In this document: positions 12,063 to 27,819 of the stretch, piece after piece
Layout of the letters: each line of letters starts with the position of its first letter
Numbering within the stretch: the first letter of the stretch is position 1
NCBI GenBank assembly: GCA_009914755.4
Contig: CP086569.2
Location: forward strand, 8,576,001-8,640,000
Source: the human T2T-CHM13v2.0 reference genome, Homo sapiens
DNA length: 64,000 nt
Reading direction: 5' to 3'
Notes under the pieces: model-generated
Database searches by the model: none
The model's input: the letters and a program-made list of their open reading frames with translations, nothing else
Told to the model about the DNA's origin: nothing
Position numbers and translations under genes: made by a program

Positions 12063-13317
12063 AAAAGGAAAAATAGCTCTCCAAACCTAAATACTAAATA
12101 GAAAATTAGTATCAAGTGACCTAGAATGTAATTTACATGAAAATGTCACAAACATTCAGCAGATAGTTTCTAAATGCCAAAATAAGCCTGGCAGTCAGCA
12201 AGAAGCTAAGAACAACACGGTCCTTGCTCTTCTGAGTATGCAGTTGTTACAGGCACAGAGATAAATGAGGAATAATAAGTGCTGTAACTGCTTTAATAGG
12301 CAAATACAGGAAATATAACAAAATAAGGGCAACAATTTTGATAAACAAAACATTAATAAATGACAAAATGTTAAAAAAAAATGCATGATTTTAATAAACA
12401 TTGCCTTCTTCTTCCCACCAGAAGAAAACTCATGCCTCTGCTTTATTGGCTGACATGTTCCTAAGGAGATGTGACAGGTCTGATTTGTATTACTAAATCA
12501 CAATTGCCTCATTTATGAAACACATGTTTTAAATCCTTTTGAAGGTCAAATGAGAATATTTGCTGTTACTGGATAAACTGTCAAGTGCTAACCAAATATT
12601 ATTTTCTCACAGTGATTTATACCATGTGTATATTACATGGTTAGTGTAGCATTCTCATAAAGAAAACCTTGAAACATATCTGCTGCTCAGTTTTTATTTT
12701 TCAACTGTATCAGTCTTTATTATTTATCATATGTTTTCTAGCAGCTTTTGAATTTTAAAGAGATATGTATAGACCAAAAAAAGAAGGACAATGAAATTGT
12801 GAGACTACAGTAGTAATAATTTCATTGATAAATTTGTTTATAAAGCTAGATTAGATTCTATTTCTCCCAAAAGATTCTCAGAGAAATACTAAGCTGATGC
12901 ACCCACTGTTTGAAATGGTCTTAAAGTTGTTGCTTAAGTTAGAGTTAACTATTTTTAAAGCCTGAAGATACAGTAATAGTTTCATGCACCACAACAGGGA
13001 ATATAGGATTTTTAGTGCTACTTGCTCTCACCAGAAATAATCATAACTATTAAATTGTTCTTTATGTCACAGTAAATTTTTCATTTCTACCTCATGTTTT
13101 GGCATTTATTTTTAAATGCATTTTCACCCTTATTGTGCTTCTGTGAAAAACTGCGGATTTAAGTTCATATCATAATTATTTTTCATTGTTATTTGTCTGT
13201 TCCTAAAGCTTCACAGAAATAAAGAATTCCATTTATGCTTGTATCTTTCAGCAACCTCATTTCAGATAATGGTGCACATTACTGCAAGTATCACACGTAC
13301 AGGTCCAAAGTTGGGGG

Positions 13318-13505
13318 GCAGGGCAGGAGGAGGAGGATGAGATGGAAGAGGAGAAGGAGAAGGAGAAGAAGAAGGAGAAGAAGAAGGAGGAGGAGGAGGA
13401 GGAGGAAGAGGAAGAAAGAAGGAAGAAGGAAGGAAGGAAGGAAGGAAGAAGAAGAAGAAGAAGAAGAAGAAGAAGAACAAGAAGAAGAAAAAGAAGAAAA
13501 CAGCA
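13318..13505. repeat. (GGA)n/(GAA)n/(GAAG)n purine microsatellite
   Basis: The tract reads 'ggaggaggaggatgagatggaagaggagaaggag...gaaggaaggaagg...gaagaagaagaag'. It explains the R/K/E-rich pseudo-ORFs at 13235-13558. In copy B it is only about 25 bp (56290-56315). Confidence 0.95.
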
Positions 13506-15744
13506 AGCTTTTAAGTCTGTATATTTGTAACACTAGATCAGAAACTCAGTACTCATAGTGAAATCCAAAAATGATCACAGTCAATTCCATCTCATACCTA
13601 GACTGAAATAAGAACCTTCGAAAGAAAAGAAAGTTGAGAGCTTCAGGCTTGTCAAAATTTTCCTGTATAGGTAAAATTATTGGTGACTTTCTCTCACTAG
13701 AAAACATAAACAAAAATTCATGCTTCATATATTTGTAAATAGAATATATTTATTTCTATCAGTTATGACATGCAAGCAAGTAATAAAGTGAAAGTATAAT
13801 AATAAAATGATATAAGGAAATGTCTCTGTGTCAAAAAACTCTATTGAGGCTATTAATTTTATAAAAACCATAGAGAATATTTCATGAAACTACATTATAC
13901 AGTACATTTTACTATTTTACTGATATTTTAATACTCAATAAATTAAAGAAAATTCTTAATCATTATTTATTACCAATAACATTATTCTACTTGAGTAATC
14001 ATTTTGAGATTAAATATTTTAAATAAAACATTAAAAACAAATTGTGTTGACTGATATCAGCTTTCAATGAAATAATACTTCTGTATTTGTAGTCATGTGA
14101 AGTATAACTTTCTCCTCACAATGGTTCTTTTATAACACCAGTGGTATTTTTTTCTCTGATATACATCCTTTTTGATCTCACAGTTTTACTGTAACCATAC
14201 ATTACATGACTCCAGAGGGTAGCCTTCAAATAAATGGAAAAATTATATTTGTGACAAAATTCTAGGAAAGGGAATGGTAAAATGGGAGAATAATTTCTGA
14301 ATTTCTAACTGTTCATTAGTGGATTTGGATGTATTAAGATATAGACAAATATTTGCACCCTGCAAGTTTCCATATGTGTATATAAATTTAAATGAGGTAC
14401 CCATAATGTATGGGTTGTGTAATCTTTCAATTCATCCTTAATTTTCCATGTGGGAAATTTGATAAGAGTTTATCCTTATCAAATACTCAATTTGAAGTAC
14501 TATACCCAATTTCAAGTACTACACTCAATTTGATAAAATTTTGTTGGTAAAGCCAACAAAATCTGTGTCAACATTCATTTCAATTAATCCAATAATGTTA
14601 ACTGCTGATAGCTTCATTCTCCTTCATCCCTGTTGGCAGCCTGAAAGCTAATTCTTACTCTAATTCAGTGCTCAAGGTGCCATCCACAAGTGGCTGTCAT
14701 CTTGCTGTGGATTGTGACCTCTGACTCCACCACTTTCATCCTATAGTAGTCCTACTTTTGCATATTTAATAAACTTTGTACATGGTTAAATAATAAAAGT
14801 GCAGTGAAATGTCAGACCATGCTGTGAAATGTTCCATTGTTTCTATATCTGTAATTGACCTTTCATGTTGTGGAGGACAAGAAAAACAATTCAATATGTT
14901 TCTTAGTATCCAGTCCAATGCACCCTTTCTTATTAATGTGCCAAACCTGTACCTTCAAGGCACTGACATCCAAGCATGGCTAGATGTATCAAAATATCTT
15001 CTGATTAATCACCATTATGTTAATCACTGTTGCCCAGATCTGGACTCTGACTGTGAAATTGTAGGGTGGAAATTGCTATAATTGCTCAAACTATGGGAAT
15101 GACTATGTTTTGTCATAATTACTACTGTCACCTTACTGAAAAATACCACATTACATGGCAACTTTTAGTTACATAAATCCTGTTGATTAATTTTTAATGT
15201 CCAGCATTTATGATATTGCACAAGTAAAGATCTTTGATAACTTAAATGATTAGCTGAGCAATGATTAAAATAACTCACAGCAATTTAAACATTCATTTAC
15301 TTACTAGAAGTGCCATACGTCATTATCTCCAGATGAAAACAAAGTTGGGAAATTGCAAGGGCTGAACTGGTTACTAAAGTATGTATTTCAGGATATTTTA
15401 TAAAACTATCCATGCCATGTATGATGCCTCACCTGCAAGGATAAAGCTTTAGCATATATAAAAAATAAATGCTTTTGGTTCTTAATATCTCTCTACATTT
15501 GTCTTCATAACCACAACACAAAAACACCCATGTACTTGACTTTTGGCTGAGTTGACTATCAGTTACTAGGGTTTAAGTAAACAGAATAAAGATTTCAAAA
15601 TTTGGTGACCAAATATGAAAAATCGTATTCTCACCATAACATACAATTATTCTCAAATGCCACTGCAAATGCAAAATCAAAAGAAGAAATTAAATCTAAT
15701 ATATTGCAATATTCTAGAGTCTAAAATTTTTTCTTTGAGGTCTG

Positions 15745-16010
15745 GTGGTTCACGCCTGGAATCGCAGCTCTTTGGGAGGCTGAGAAGGGAGGATTGCTTC
15801 AAGCGCAGGGTTTAAGACCAGCCCAGGCAACATAGCAAGTCCTATCTCTACAAATGTAACTAATTAATTAATTAATTAAATTGGGCATGATGGCACACAT
15901 CTATCGTTCTATTTACTCAGCAGTTCAAGGTTGTAGTGATCTGTGATCACACACTACACTTCAGTCTGGCCCACAGAGCAAGACTTTGTCTCTACAAAAT
16001 AATACAATAT
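15745..16010 (+). mobile_element. Old Alu (AluJ-like), sense
   Basis: The sequence reads 'ggtctggtggttcacgcctggaatcgcagctctttgggaggctgagaagggaggattgcttcaagcgcagggtttaagaccagcccaggcaacatagcaag...cacttcagtctggcccacagagcaagactttgtctc'. It has many substitutions. Confidence 0.85.
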
Positions 16011-17249
16011 AACGAAACAAAATAAAATAAAAAACACATTCAGTTGTTTTTTGGAAGTTTGTGTAATTGCTCAAAATCACAGACATTGAAGTTGAGTGCT
16101 TCATGGGGGAATGGGCAGTGAACATTGTTTATATTGTTTTCCAAAAATTAGGATAATTGTTAGAATATTATATATAAATACCTCATAACCTTTTGTACAA
16201 TAAATATTGACAAATGTCAAGCAATTGTGTTTATAGGCTTTTCCTTCAAAATATTCATAGTTTAATTGGAGAATGAAGAGAAGAGCAATAATTGCAATGT
16301 ACTCTGAGAAGTGTTACAATAGATACAATTCAGTAACTTAGTTGGACAGGAAGGAAGTTCTTAACTAGGTTTTCAGGAGTTTGGAAAGCTTAGGTCAGGA
16401 ACAGTTGAAGCATCTGTAAGGATACAGATTTGCAAGAGAAATGTTTGGGAGATAAACACTGTAGAAAAAAAGAAACATTCTTTCTATCAATGATAGATGT
16501 GTACTAACAGTGCATATGATGCCATCTGCCCAATTCTTAGACCATACTAGCTCAATAAATATTTCTTGAATGAATCCATGAATGGAAGATATTGGGAAAA
16601 GGATGCTGGAAGGGATTTTCAAAATCATCTGAAGGAAAGGTAAACACCCTGGACTTTACAATTTTGCCTGCTTTTCTTTAAGTTCTTGTTATGTTTACTA
16701 CCTCATAAGCTCTGTTTTATTTTTTGGTCTTTTCACAAATATCATGTATGTATCGTTCCTGAAACTATTTCTCTCTTGATCCCTTGATACTATATTTATC
16801 TCTGATACTCCTTTGTGTGAGGTCCTGGGTTTTTATGCCAACAGCTACATCACTCACCTCTTCCTGGCACTATTCTATGATACAGTGGCCTGGCCCCTGA
16901 GAGGCATGGTTCCTGGGCTCTCATAAAAATTACTTCCTGTTTCAGCTCAATCAAGTGGTAACACTGCAGAGATTAGAGAACAAGAAGATGAGAGAAGCCA
17001 GTTTGTGTCACTTTCCTTCCAAGCAGGAGGTATGTTTCCACAGTGATTCCATGCCTGCAGGAATGCTCTCTGTGTTTCCATTTTCCATGTAGTGACCCTA
17101 AACCTAGACTGGCTCTTCTAATGCTATTTTCTGCAATTGTCTTCTCTGAAGGATTTGGGTACTATTTCGGAGTTTTAAATTTAAAAAAAATATTGATATA
17201 GAATGGGGGCAGGGAAGTGTCTGGTAGAGGATGGGGTGGTTCTTGGCTA

Positions 17250-18200
17250 GGGGATCCACCCTCAGGCCTGTGCTCACTGACATATGTAAGGACATGCCTT
17301 TCTGTTTTCTTGCTCAAATTGGTGAGGGCATGCAGTTCTGTTTTTTTGCCCACCTGTTGCATTTTTCAAGACCACCCTGGCCTGCCATACCCGCATCCTA
17401 TGCTATCAGAAACCCCGAGACCCTAGTGGGCAGAGACAGAGTAGATGGACATCAAGAAGAACCATCAGCAGAAGAAGACACAGCAACTGGACGTCGAGAG
17501 GACACCGGAGGAAGGAGAGCACAAGGACAGAGGCGGCAGGCCATCCACCGCAGAAGAACACGGAGTTTTGTGGGGCTGTGGGAGGAGACCGCTGACCTGC
17601 CCCATTCCAAGGTAAAACCACCTTCCGGCTCCATCTCCCTTCTGGCTCCCCCATTCATCTGCTGACAGCTTTCACTCAATGAAACCTTGCACTTATTCTC
17701 CAAGCCCACATGTGAGCCAATTCTTCAGCTACAACAAAGCAGGAAACCCCCAGGACCCAGAAAGCCTTCTGTCTTTGCAGTAAGGAAGGGTGTAAAATTG
17801 AGCTAACACAAGCCGCCTACAGATTGATAAACTAAATTAACACCGTGTAACACATGCCCGCTGGGGATTCAGGAGCTGTAAACATTCACCCCTAGATGCT
17901 GCCTGGGGTAGGTGCCCCACAACCTGTCCTCATTGCTAGCTTCACAGAAGGGGATAAGGGACATTTCAATATCAGTCTGTTTCCAATGCAGTGTGCTTTC
18001 TGCAATACTGCAGTGTTACCTCATTGGATATATTTGACAAAATAAGTTACAAACTATAATGTGAGAAAAAATAAATGATGGAGAATAAGGAAGGAAAATG
18101 AAACATTGTATCAGTAATGAGTGGTTTTTACTTCATATAACAGAAAAAGTAAACATGAACTAAATAAACACAGATTTCCAGTTTTCACATGTGAACCAGT
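17250..18200. other. Unclassified sequence, possibly an LTR/ERV relic, present in copy A but missing from copy B
   Basis: Copy B jumps from the homolog of about 17245 straight to the homolog of about 18876. The A-only segment is moderately GC-rich and contains 'tcactcaatgaaaccttgcacttattctcc'. I cannot assign it to a family. Confidence 0.3.
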
Positions 18201-19948
18201 CATAGTTAGGCAGTTGCTGCCTTTGATCAGTTGCTCTGCTGCATGGTAGTAGCAGAGCTGCATGGTAGTAGTGAGAGGTGACAACGTGCTGGCAGCCCTT
18301 GCTCACTCTCTGTGCCTCCTCCACCTTGGCCTCTGCTCTGACCATGCTTGAGGAGCCCTTCACCCACTGCTGCACTGTGGGAGCCCCTATCTGGGCTGGC
18401 CAAGGCTGGAGCCGACTCCCTCTGCTTGCGGGGAGTTGTGGAGGGAGAAGCGCTGGCAGGAACCAGAGACCTGCCCAGTGCTCGAGGGCCAGCATGAGTT
18501 CTGGCTGGGTGTGGGTTTGCTGGGCCTGCACTCAGAGCAGTCAGCCTGCCACACTGGGGGGCAGTGAGGGGTGTAGCACCTGGGCCAGCAGCTGCAGAGG
18601 GGGTGCTGGGTCTCCCAGCACTGCTGCCCCACCTGCACCATGCTCGAATTCTTGCCAGGCTTCAGTCACCTCCCCTGGGGCAGGGATCAGGACCTGCAGC
18701 CCGCCATGCCTGAGCCCCCCTCCATGGTGGGCTGCAACACCACCAAAGACTCCCGGATGGGTGCCACCCCTCCTCCATGACACCTGGTCCAATCGACTGC
18801 CCAAGGGCTGAGGAGTGCAGGCATGTGGCACCGGACTGGTGGGTAGTTCTGCCTGTGGCCCTGGCGCAGGATCCACTAGGTGAAGCCAGCTGGGCTCCTG
18901 AGTTGGGTGGGGACTTGGAGAACTTTTATGTCTAGTGGAGGATTGTATATGCACCAATCAGCACCCTGTGTCTAGCTTGGGGTTTGTGGATGCACCAATC
19001 AGCACTCTGAATCTAGCTAACCTGGTAGGGACTTGGAGAAATTTTATATCTAGCTAAAGGATTGTATATGCACCAATCTGCACTCTGGGTCTAGCTCAAG
19101 GTTTGTAAATACACCAATCACTGCTCTGTGTCTAGCTAATCTAGTGGGGACTTGTAGAACTTTTATGTCTAGCTAAAGGATTGTAAGTACAACAATCAGC
19201 ACTCTCTGTCTAGCTCAAGGTTTGTAAACACACCAATCAGCACCCTGTGTCTAGCTCAAGGTTTGTAAATGCACCAGTCAGTGCTCTGCATCTAGTTAAT
19301 TTAGTGGGGACTTGGAGAAATTTTACTCTAGCTAGAGGATTGTAAATACACCAATCAGCACTGAGTATAGCTCAGGGATTGTAAACGCACAAATCAGCAC
19401 CCTGTCAAACTGGACCAATCAGCTCTCTGTAAAGTGGACCAATCAGCTCTCTGTAAAATGGGCCAATCAGCAGGATGTGGGTGGGGTCAGATAAGGGAAT
19501 AAAAGCAGGCTACCCAAGCCACCAGCAGCAATGCCACCGGGTCCACTTCCACACTGTGGAAGGTTTGTTCTTTCACTCTTAGCAATGAATCTTGCAATTG
19601 CTCACTCTTTGGGTCCACACTGCCTTTATGAGCTGTAACACTCACGATGAAGGTCTGCAGCTTCACTCCTGAGGCCAGCGAGAACACAAACCCACTGGGA
19701 GGAATGAACAACTCCAGACGGGAGAAAGGAACAACTCCAGACGCGCTGCCTTAGGAGCTGTAACACTCACCACGAAGGTCTGCCGCTTCACTCCTGAAGC
19801 CAGTGAGACCATGAACCCACCGGAAGGAACAAACTCTGAACATGTCTAAACATCAGAAGGAACAAACTCTGGATACAGCATATTTAAGAAGTGTAACACT
19901 CACCGCGAGGGTTGGTGGCTTCATTTTTGAAATCAGTGAGCCAAGAAC
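18200..19948 (+). mobile_element. LTR12-family (ERV9) long terminal repeat, apparently a solo LTR
   Basis: A GC-rich, CpG-decayed 5' part ('ggctggccaaggctggagccgactccctctgcttgcggggag...') runs to about 18880. Then come tandem units of about 40-70 bp, 'ggggacttggagaac...tctagctaaaggattgtaaatgcaccaatcagcac' (the CCAAT-box repeats typical of LTR12). Next are 'gataagggaataaaagcagg' (TATA/poly-A region) and the U5-like '...gagctgtaacactcaccgcgagggt...'. No PBS or gag follows, only AT-rich non-ERV DNA from 19950. Confidence 0.8.
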
Positions 19949-22214
19949 CTGCCAATTTCGGTCACAGGAGCAGTGACTTCCTTTTTGCTATTTTCTCCAA
20001 GGTGACACCTAGATCAAATCCAACACCATGTTTGGTCCAGTTGTTGCTAGCCAGCTTTGCCCACACTCTGGTTTTTCAGTCTTATCAGCTTCTGGTTTAT
20101 GCAGCTACGTTAACAGTGTGTTATTTCTAGTCATGTTTGCTGCCTGAAATTTTCTATTCTGCTGCAATCACTTTTTGTTTTTCCTTCTCTAATTATGTGA
20201 CTTGCTCATTTTTCTTCTCAGGACACTATAGGTTGTTCTTTAGCTGATTTTTTAAAAAGAGCATTGGTAAACCTGTTTCATTTCCTTCAAATACATCTGA
20301 GAATTCTTGAGAAACTTAAGCATGTCTCACTGGACTGGACCACTGCCCACTCGGCTGCCTGCTATTGACTTCCTTCTTTAGATAAGATCCCCCAGACAGC
20401 AAATGCATGCCCCCCCACACCACACTCCCACTAAATACCAATATCCAATGTAATGAAATATTTTAAGTCTTAGATATAGCATAAAGGGATTGTAGGATAC
20501 AAAACGACAAATCAGACACATATATTAAGAAAGAAAAATTCAGCCAGTATCAGTCTTTGACAACAAAATTAACCATTTTAACTATACAGTATAAATGTAT
20601 TTACAAATAAAGTGTATGCCTTTATTAAGTGAATTGTTTCTTGCATTGTATATACTTTGTCTAGTGGTGTCTTAGGCACTCATTTAAAATAGGTCATTGA
20701 TTGAATTGGAGCTGTAATCCATAATGAAAATAGAGTAGAAAAGTTTTTTTTTTTTAAATCATATGTATATATTGTTTGGTCTTCCAGGTATACCATTTCT
20801 TTTGCATGTGTGGATATGTGTCTATGTAATTTTAGATACTTATAGGGAATAGATTTAGCACAAGTAATTAAAAATTAAGCAGATTTTCTTTGTAATGAAA
20901 AAGGAAATGATTAACTTTAATTGAATTTTTAGTGCAACAGTAAAACTGGATAAGAATTTATTCTGCTCAGGGAAAAGATATACTGTGGTTTGCAACTGAA
21001 AGAGTTCTCTCCTGAGTAAGCCAGTGTTGGCCTATACTGCAGAAATAGATTGTTTTTGGTAGACCCTATAGTCAGCTACCCTATAGTCAGCAGAGAAGGA
21101 AATCCTTGTAGAGAGAATTTTAAATTGAATATCAAATATTCTTTCATGTAGGTGAAGCATTCACATATGATATTATTTTACATTCAGCATAATTATAAAA
21201 GTTAATTTTAATACATTGGAAAAAATAAAGCAATTACAAAAATTAGCAAGATAATTGTATATTCCTCCTTTAAAAATTTTAGCCTATTCAAATCTAACAA
21301 GTCCACTCTGAAATACCTGAAAATAAGATATGAAATGAATAAGAAAAGAAAATACAGCAGAATGTACCAGATGTTATGTGTTCGGTGTTGGATGTACATA
21401 TATCTGTTAGTTTTTAGTGGCAGACAGAGTGCAGTCTACATAATTTTATTCATAGTAGATGCCTATCCATCATATATTCACTAATAAATATTATTTCTCT
21501 GAAGATTGAAATAGAAAGCTAGGAAAACAACATGGCACAAAAGCCGAATTATATTTAAGCAATTGTGAATTATATAGTTAAATAATCTCTTCGAGGGTCT
21601 TCTTATCACTCTCTCACTGGGTAGTCTAAGGATTAATTAGTCTAAGTTCCTAGGCTCTTTCAAGCTAAGAAACACTGTGTATGTGCTATGCATTATCATG
21701 GTAACATGAGAGTGAGGCATAAGTGATTTGTAACAATATGGGCTCTGTGAAATGTGTGTCTAGCCTGAAAACTGTCGTTTTCTCTAACAGGGTTTTATGA
21801 ATTGGAAAGTTCTTATCATATTTGAAGATGAAATGTCCTGTATTGAAATCAGGCAAATCCACTTAATCTTTGTTCTATATATTAGTAGAGTGATGTTTCT
21901 CAAAATAGAAGAAAACTTGGGATATGATTTCAAAGGTAATATATAATAAGGTAGAATTTTGACAACAATTATAACTTGTCTATTATCATTTGATTGACTC
22001 AGCTGTTGCTCTGTTAATTAGTGCAACTGAAGTCTAGTTAATTTGCATAAAAGTAGCTATCCCATCTTTTATAATTTTAAAGACAGTCAGGAGAGTATTC
22101 ACTGGTTCTGTAAAGCTTGTATAGATTTTATCAACATGTTTCAATTACGTATGACTGAAATAATGCCAATTCTAAAATGTAATTTATTATTTCCTTTAAG
22201 AATATTTTTATTTT

Positions 22215-23025
22215 ATTTTTTATTTTCATTTTTATTATAGATTCAGAGAGTACATGTGCAGGCTTGTTAGAAAGTATATTGCATGATGCTGACATTTAGT
22301 CTTCTATTGATCCCATCACCCAGAGAGTGAATCTAGTACTCAACAGGAAGGTTTTCAGGCCCTGCCTGTCTCCCTTTGGAGTCTCCAGTGTCTATAGTTC
22401 TCATCTTTATTTTTCTGTGCACCCAAGTTTTATCTCCTATGTATGAGAATATTCAATGTTTGATTTTCTGTTTCTCCATTATTTTGCTTAGGTTAATGAC
22501 CTCCAGCTGTATCCACATTGCTGCAAGTGACATGATTTTGTTCTTTTAATGGCTGTGTACTATTCCAGGGTTCATATGTACCACATTGTCATTGTCCCAT
22601 CCTCCATGGATGTGCTCCTAGGTTTATTCTATGTCTTTGCTATGGTGGTGAATATGAGAATTCTTGTGTCTTTTTGGTAGCTTTAATAATTTATTTTCAT
22701 TTGAGCATATACACAGTAATGGGATTGCTGGGTGAAATACTAGCTCTATTGTTAGTTCTTTTAGAAATCCACAAACTGCTTTCCACAGTGGCTGAACATT
22801 CTCTCCAGCAGTGTATAAGTATTATTTTTCCTCCACAGCCTTGCCCACATATGTTGTTTTTTAATTTTGTTTTTTTAATAATAATACTCATGCTGACTGG
22901 TATGAGATGGTACCTTATTGTGACTTTGATTTGCATTTCTCTGATGATCAGTGATGTTGAGCAGTTTTCTTATGTTTCTTGTCCACTTGCATATCTTAAG
23001 AAGATATTTTAAATAAACATACAAT
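22215..23025 (-). mobile_element. Older LINE-1 3'-end fragment (antisense)
   Basis: Reverse complement of the L1 ORF2 3' end and UTR ('...gtaatgggattgctgggtgaaatac...', '...ctgactggtatgagatggtaccttattgtgactttgatttgcatttctctgatgatcagtgatgttgagc'). It is more diverged than the neighbouring L1. Confidence 0.75.
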
Positions 23026-23718
23026 TATTTCCTCTACTCATAGATCAAATTCTGCCAGTGTCTTTCTCTCTTATTCTACTACATGAATTTACATGGATAA
23101 TGAGTCAAAAAATGTGAAGTGCTGGTAATACATTTTATTTCTTTTTTTTTCACTCTTTTTTTATTATACCTTAAGTTCTAGGGTACATGTGCACAACGTG
23201 CAAGTTTGTTACATATGTATACATCTGCCAAATTGGTATGCTGCACCCATTATCTCATCATTTACATTATGTATATTTCCTTATGCTATCCCTCCCCCCT
23301 CCACCCACCAAACAACAGGCCCCGGTGTGGATGTTCCCCTTCCTGTATCCAAGTGTTCTCATTGTTCAATTCCCACCTATGCGTGAGAACATGTGGTGTT
23401 TAGTTTTTTCTCGTTGTGATAGTTTGCTGAGAATGATGGTTTCCAGCTTCATGCATGTCCCTACAAAGGACAGGAACTCATCTTTTTTATGGCTGCATAG
23501 TATTCCATGGTGTATATGTGCCACATTTTCTTAATCCAGTCTATCACTGATGGACATTTGTGTTGGTTCCAAGTCTTTGCTATTGCCAATATTGCTGCAT
23601 ATAACATACCTGTGCATGTGTCTTTATAGCAGCATGAATTATAATCTTCTGGGTATATACCTAGTAATGGGATGGCTGGGTCAATTGGTATCTCTAGTTC
23701 TAGATCCTTGAGGAATCG

Positions 23719-26999
<3,281 letters not shown>

Positions 27000-27258
27000 T
27001 TGCTTGGCAGATCTTCCTCCATCCCTTTACTTTGAGTCTATGTGTGTCTCTGCACGTGAGATGGGTCCCCTGAATACAGCATCCTGATGGGTCTTGACTC
27101 TTTATCCAATTTGCCAGTCTGTGTCTTTTAATTGGAGCATGTAACCCATTTACATTTAAAGTTAATATTGTTATATGTGAATTTTATCCTGTCATTATGA
27201 TATTAGCTGGTTATTTTGCTTGTTACCTGATGCAGTTTCTTCCTAGCATCAATGGTCT

Positions 27259-27819
27259 TTACAATTTGGCATGTTTTTGCAGTAGCTGGTACTGGTCATT
27301 CCTTTCCATGTTTAGTGCTTCCTTCCGGAGCTCTTGTAGGGCAGGCCTGCTGGTGACAAAATCTCTCAGCATTCGCTTGTCTGTAAAGGATTTTATTTCT
27401 CCTTCACTTATGAAGCTTAGTTTGGCTGGATATGAAATTCTGGGTAGAAAATTCTTTTCTTTAAGAAAGTTGAATATTGGCCCCCACTCCCTACTGGCTT
27501 GTAGAGTTTCTGCCAAGAGATCAGCTGTTAGTCTGATGGGCTTCCCTTTGTGGGTAACCTGACCTTTCTCTCTGGCTGCCCTTAACATTTTTTCCTTCAT
27601 TTCCACTTTGGTGAATCTGACAATTATGTGTCTTGGAGTTGCTTTTCTCAAGGAGTATCTTTGTGGCATTCTCTGTATTTTGTGAATTTGAATGTTGCCC
27701 TGCCTTGCTAGTTTGGGGAAATTTTCCTGGATAATATCCGGCAGAGTGTTTTCCAACTTGGTTCCATTCTCCCCATCACTTTCAGGTACACCAATCAGAT
27801 GTAGATTTGGTCTTTTCAC
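27259..27819 (-). pseudogene. L1 ORF1p remnant (C-terminal about 186 aa only)
   Basis: The fragment 'MKRPNLHLIGVPESDGENGTKLENTL...RFTKVEMKEKMLRAAREKGQVTHKGKPIRLTADL...ISYPAKLSFISEGEIKSFTDK...' matches the ORF1p C-terminal half at about 85% aa identity to L1HS from memory. The N-terminal half is disrupted. Confidence 0.85.

Larger units (their letters stand above)
4815..19948. repeat. Segmental duplication, copy A (paralogous to 47135-60728, same orientation)
   Basis: Long collinear blocks match copy B: for example 6391-6850 vs 48782-49240, and 15600-15790 vs 58440-58630. The (TTCC)n, Alu pair, L1 twin-priming fragment, AluJ and LTR12 landmarks appear in the same order in both copies. I estimate about 7-9% mismatch from hand-aligned blocks. 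Confidence 0.9.

Noticed and set aside
13235-13558. Arginine/lysine/glutamate-rich ORFs (107 aa '+'; 72-80 aa '-') that look like a highly charged protein
   Set aside because: They are pure translation of a (GGA/GAA/GAAG)n microsatellite. The paralogous site in copy B is about 25 bp, so the ORF does not exist there.
18930-19460. Regularly spaced 40-70 bp direct repeats with conserved cores, superficially like a CRISPR array (also at 60110-60420)
   Set aside because: The units are the CCAAT-box tandem repeats of the ERV9 LTR12 U3 region. The 'spacers' are themselves repeated ('ggggacttggagaac...'). The flanks carry TATA and poly-A signals and a U5. It sits in primate DNA full of Alu and L1, so there is no CRISPR biology here.
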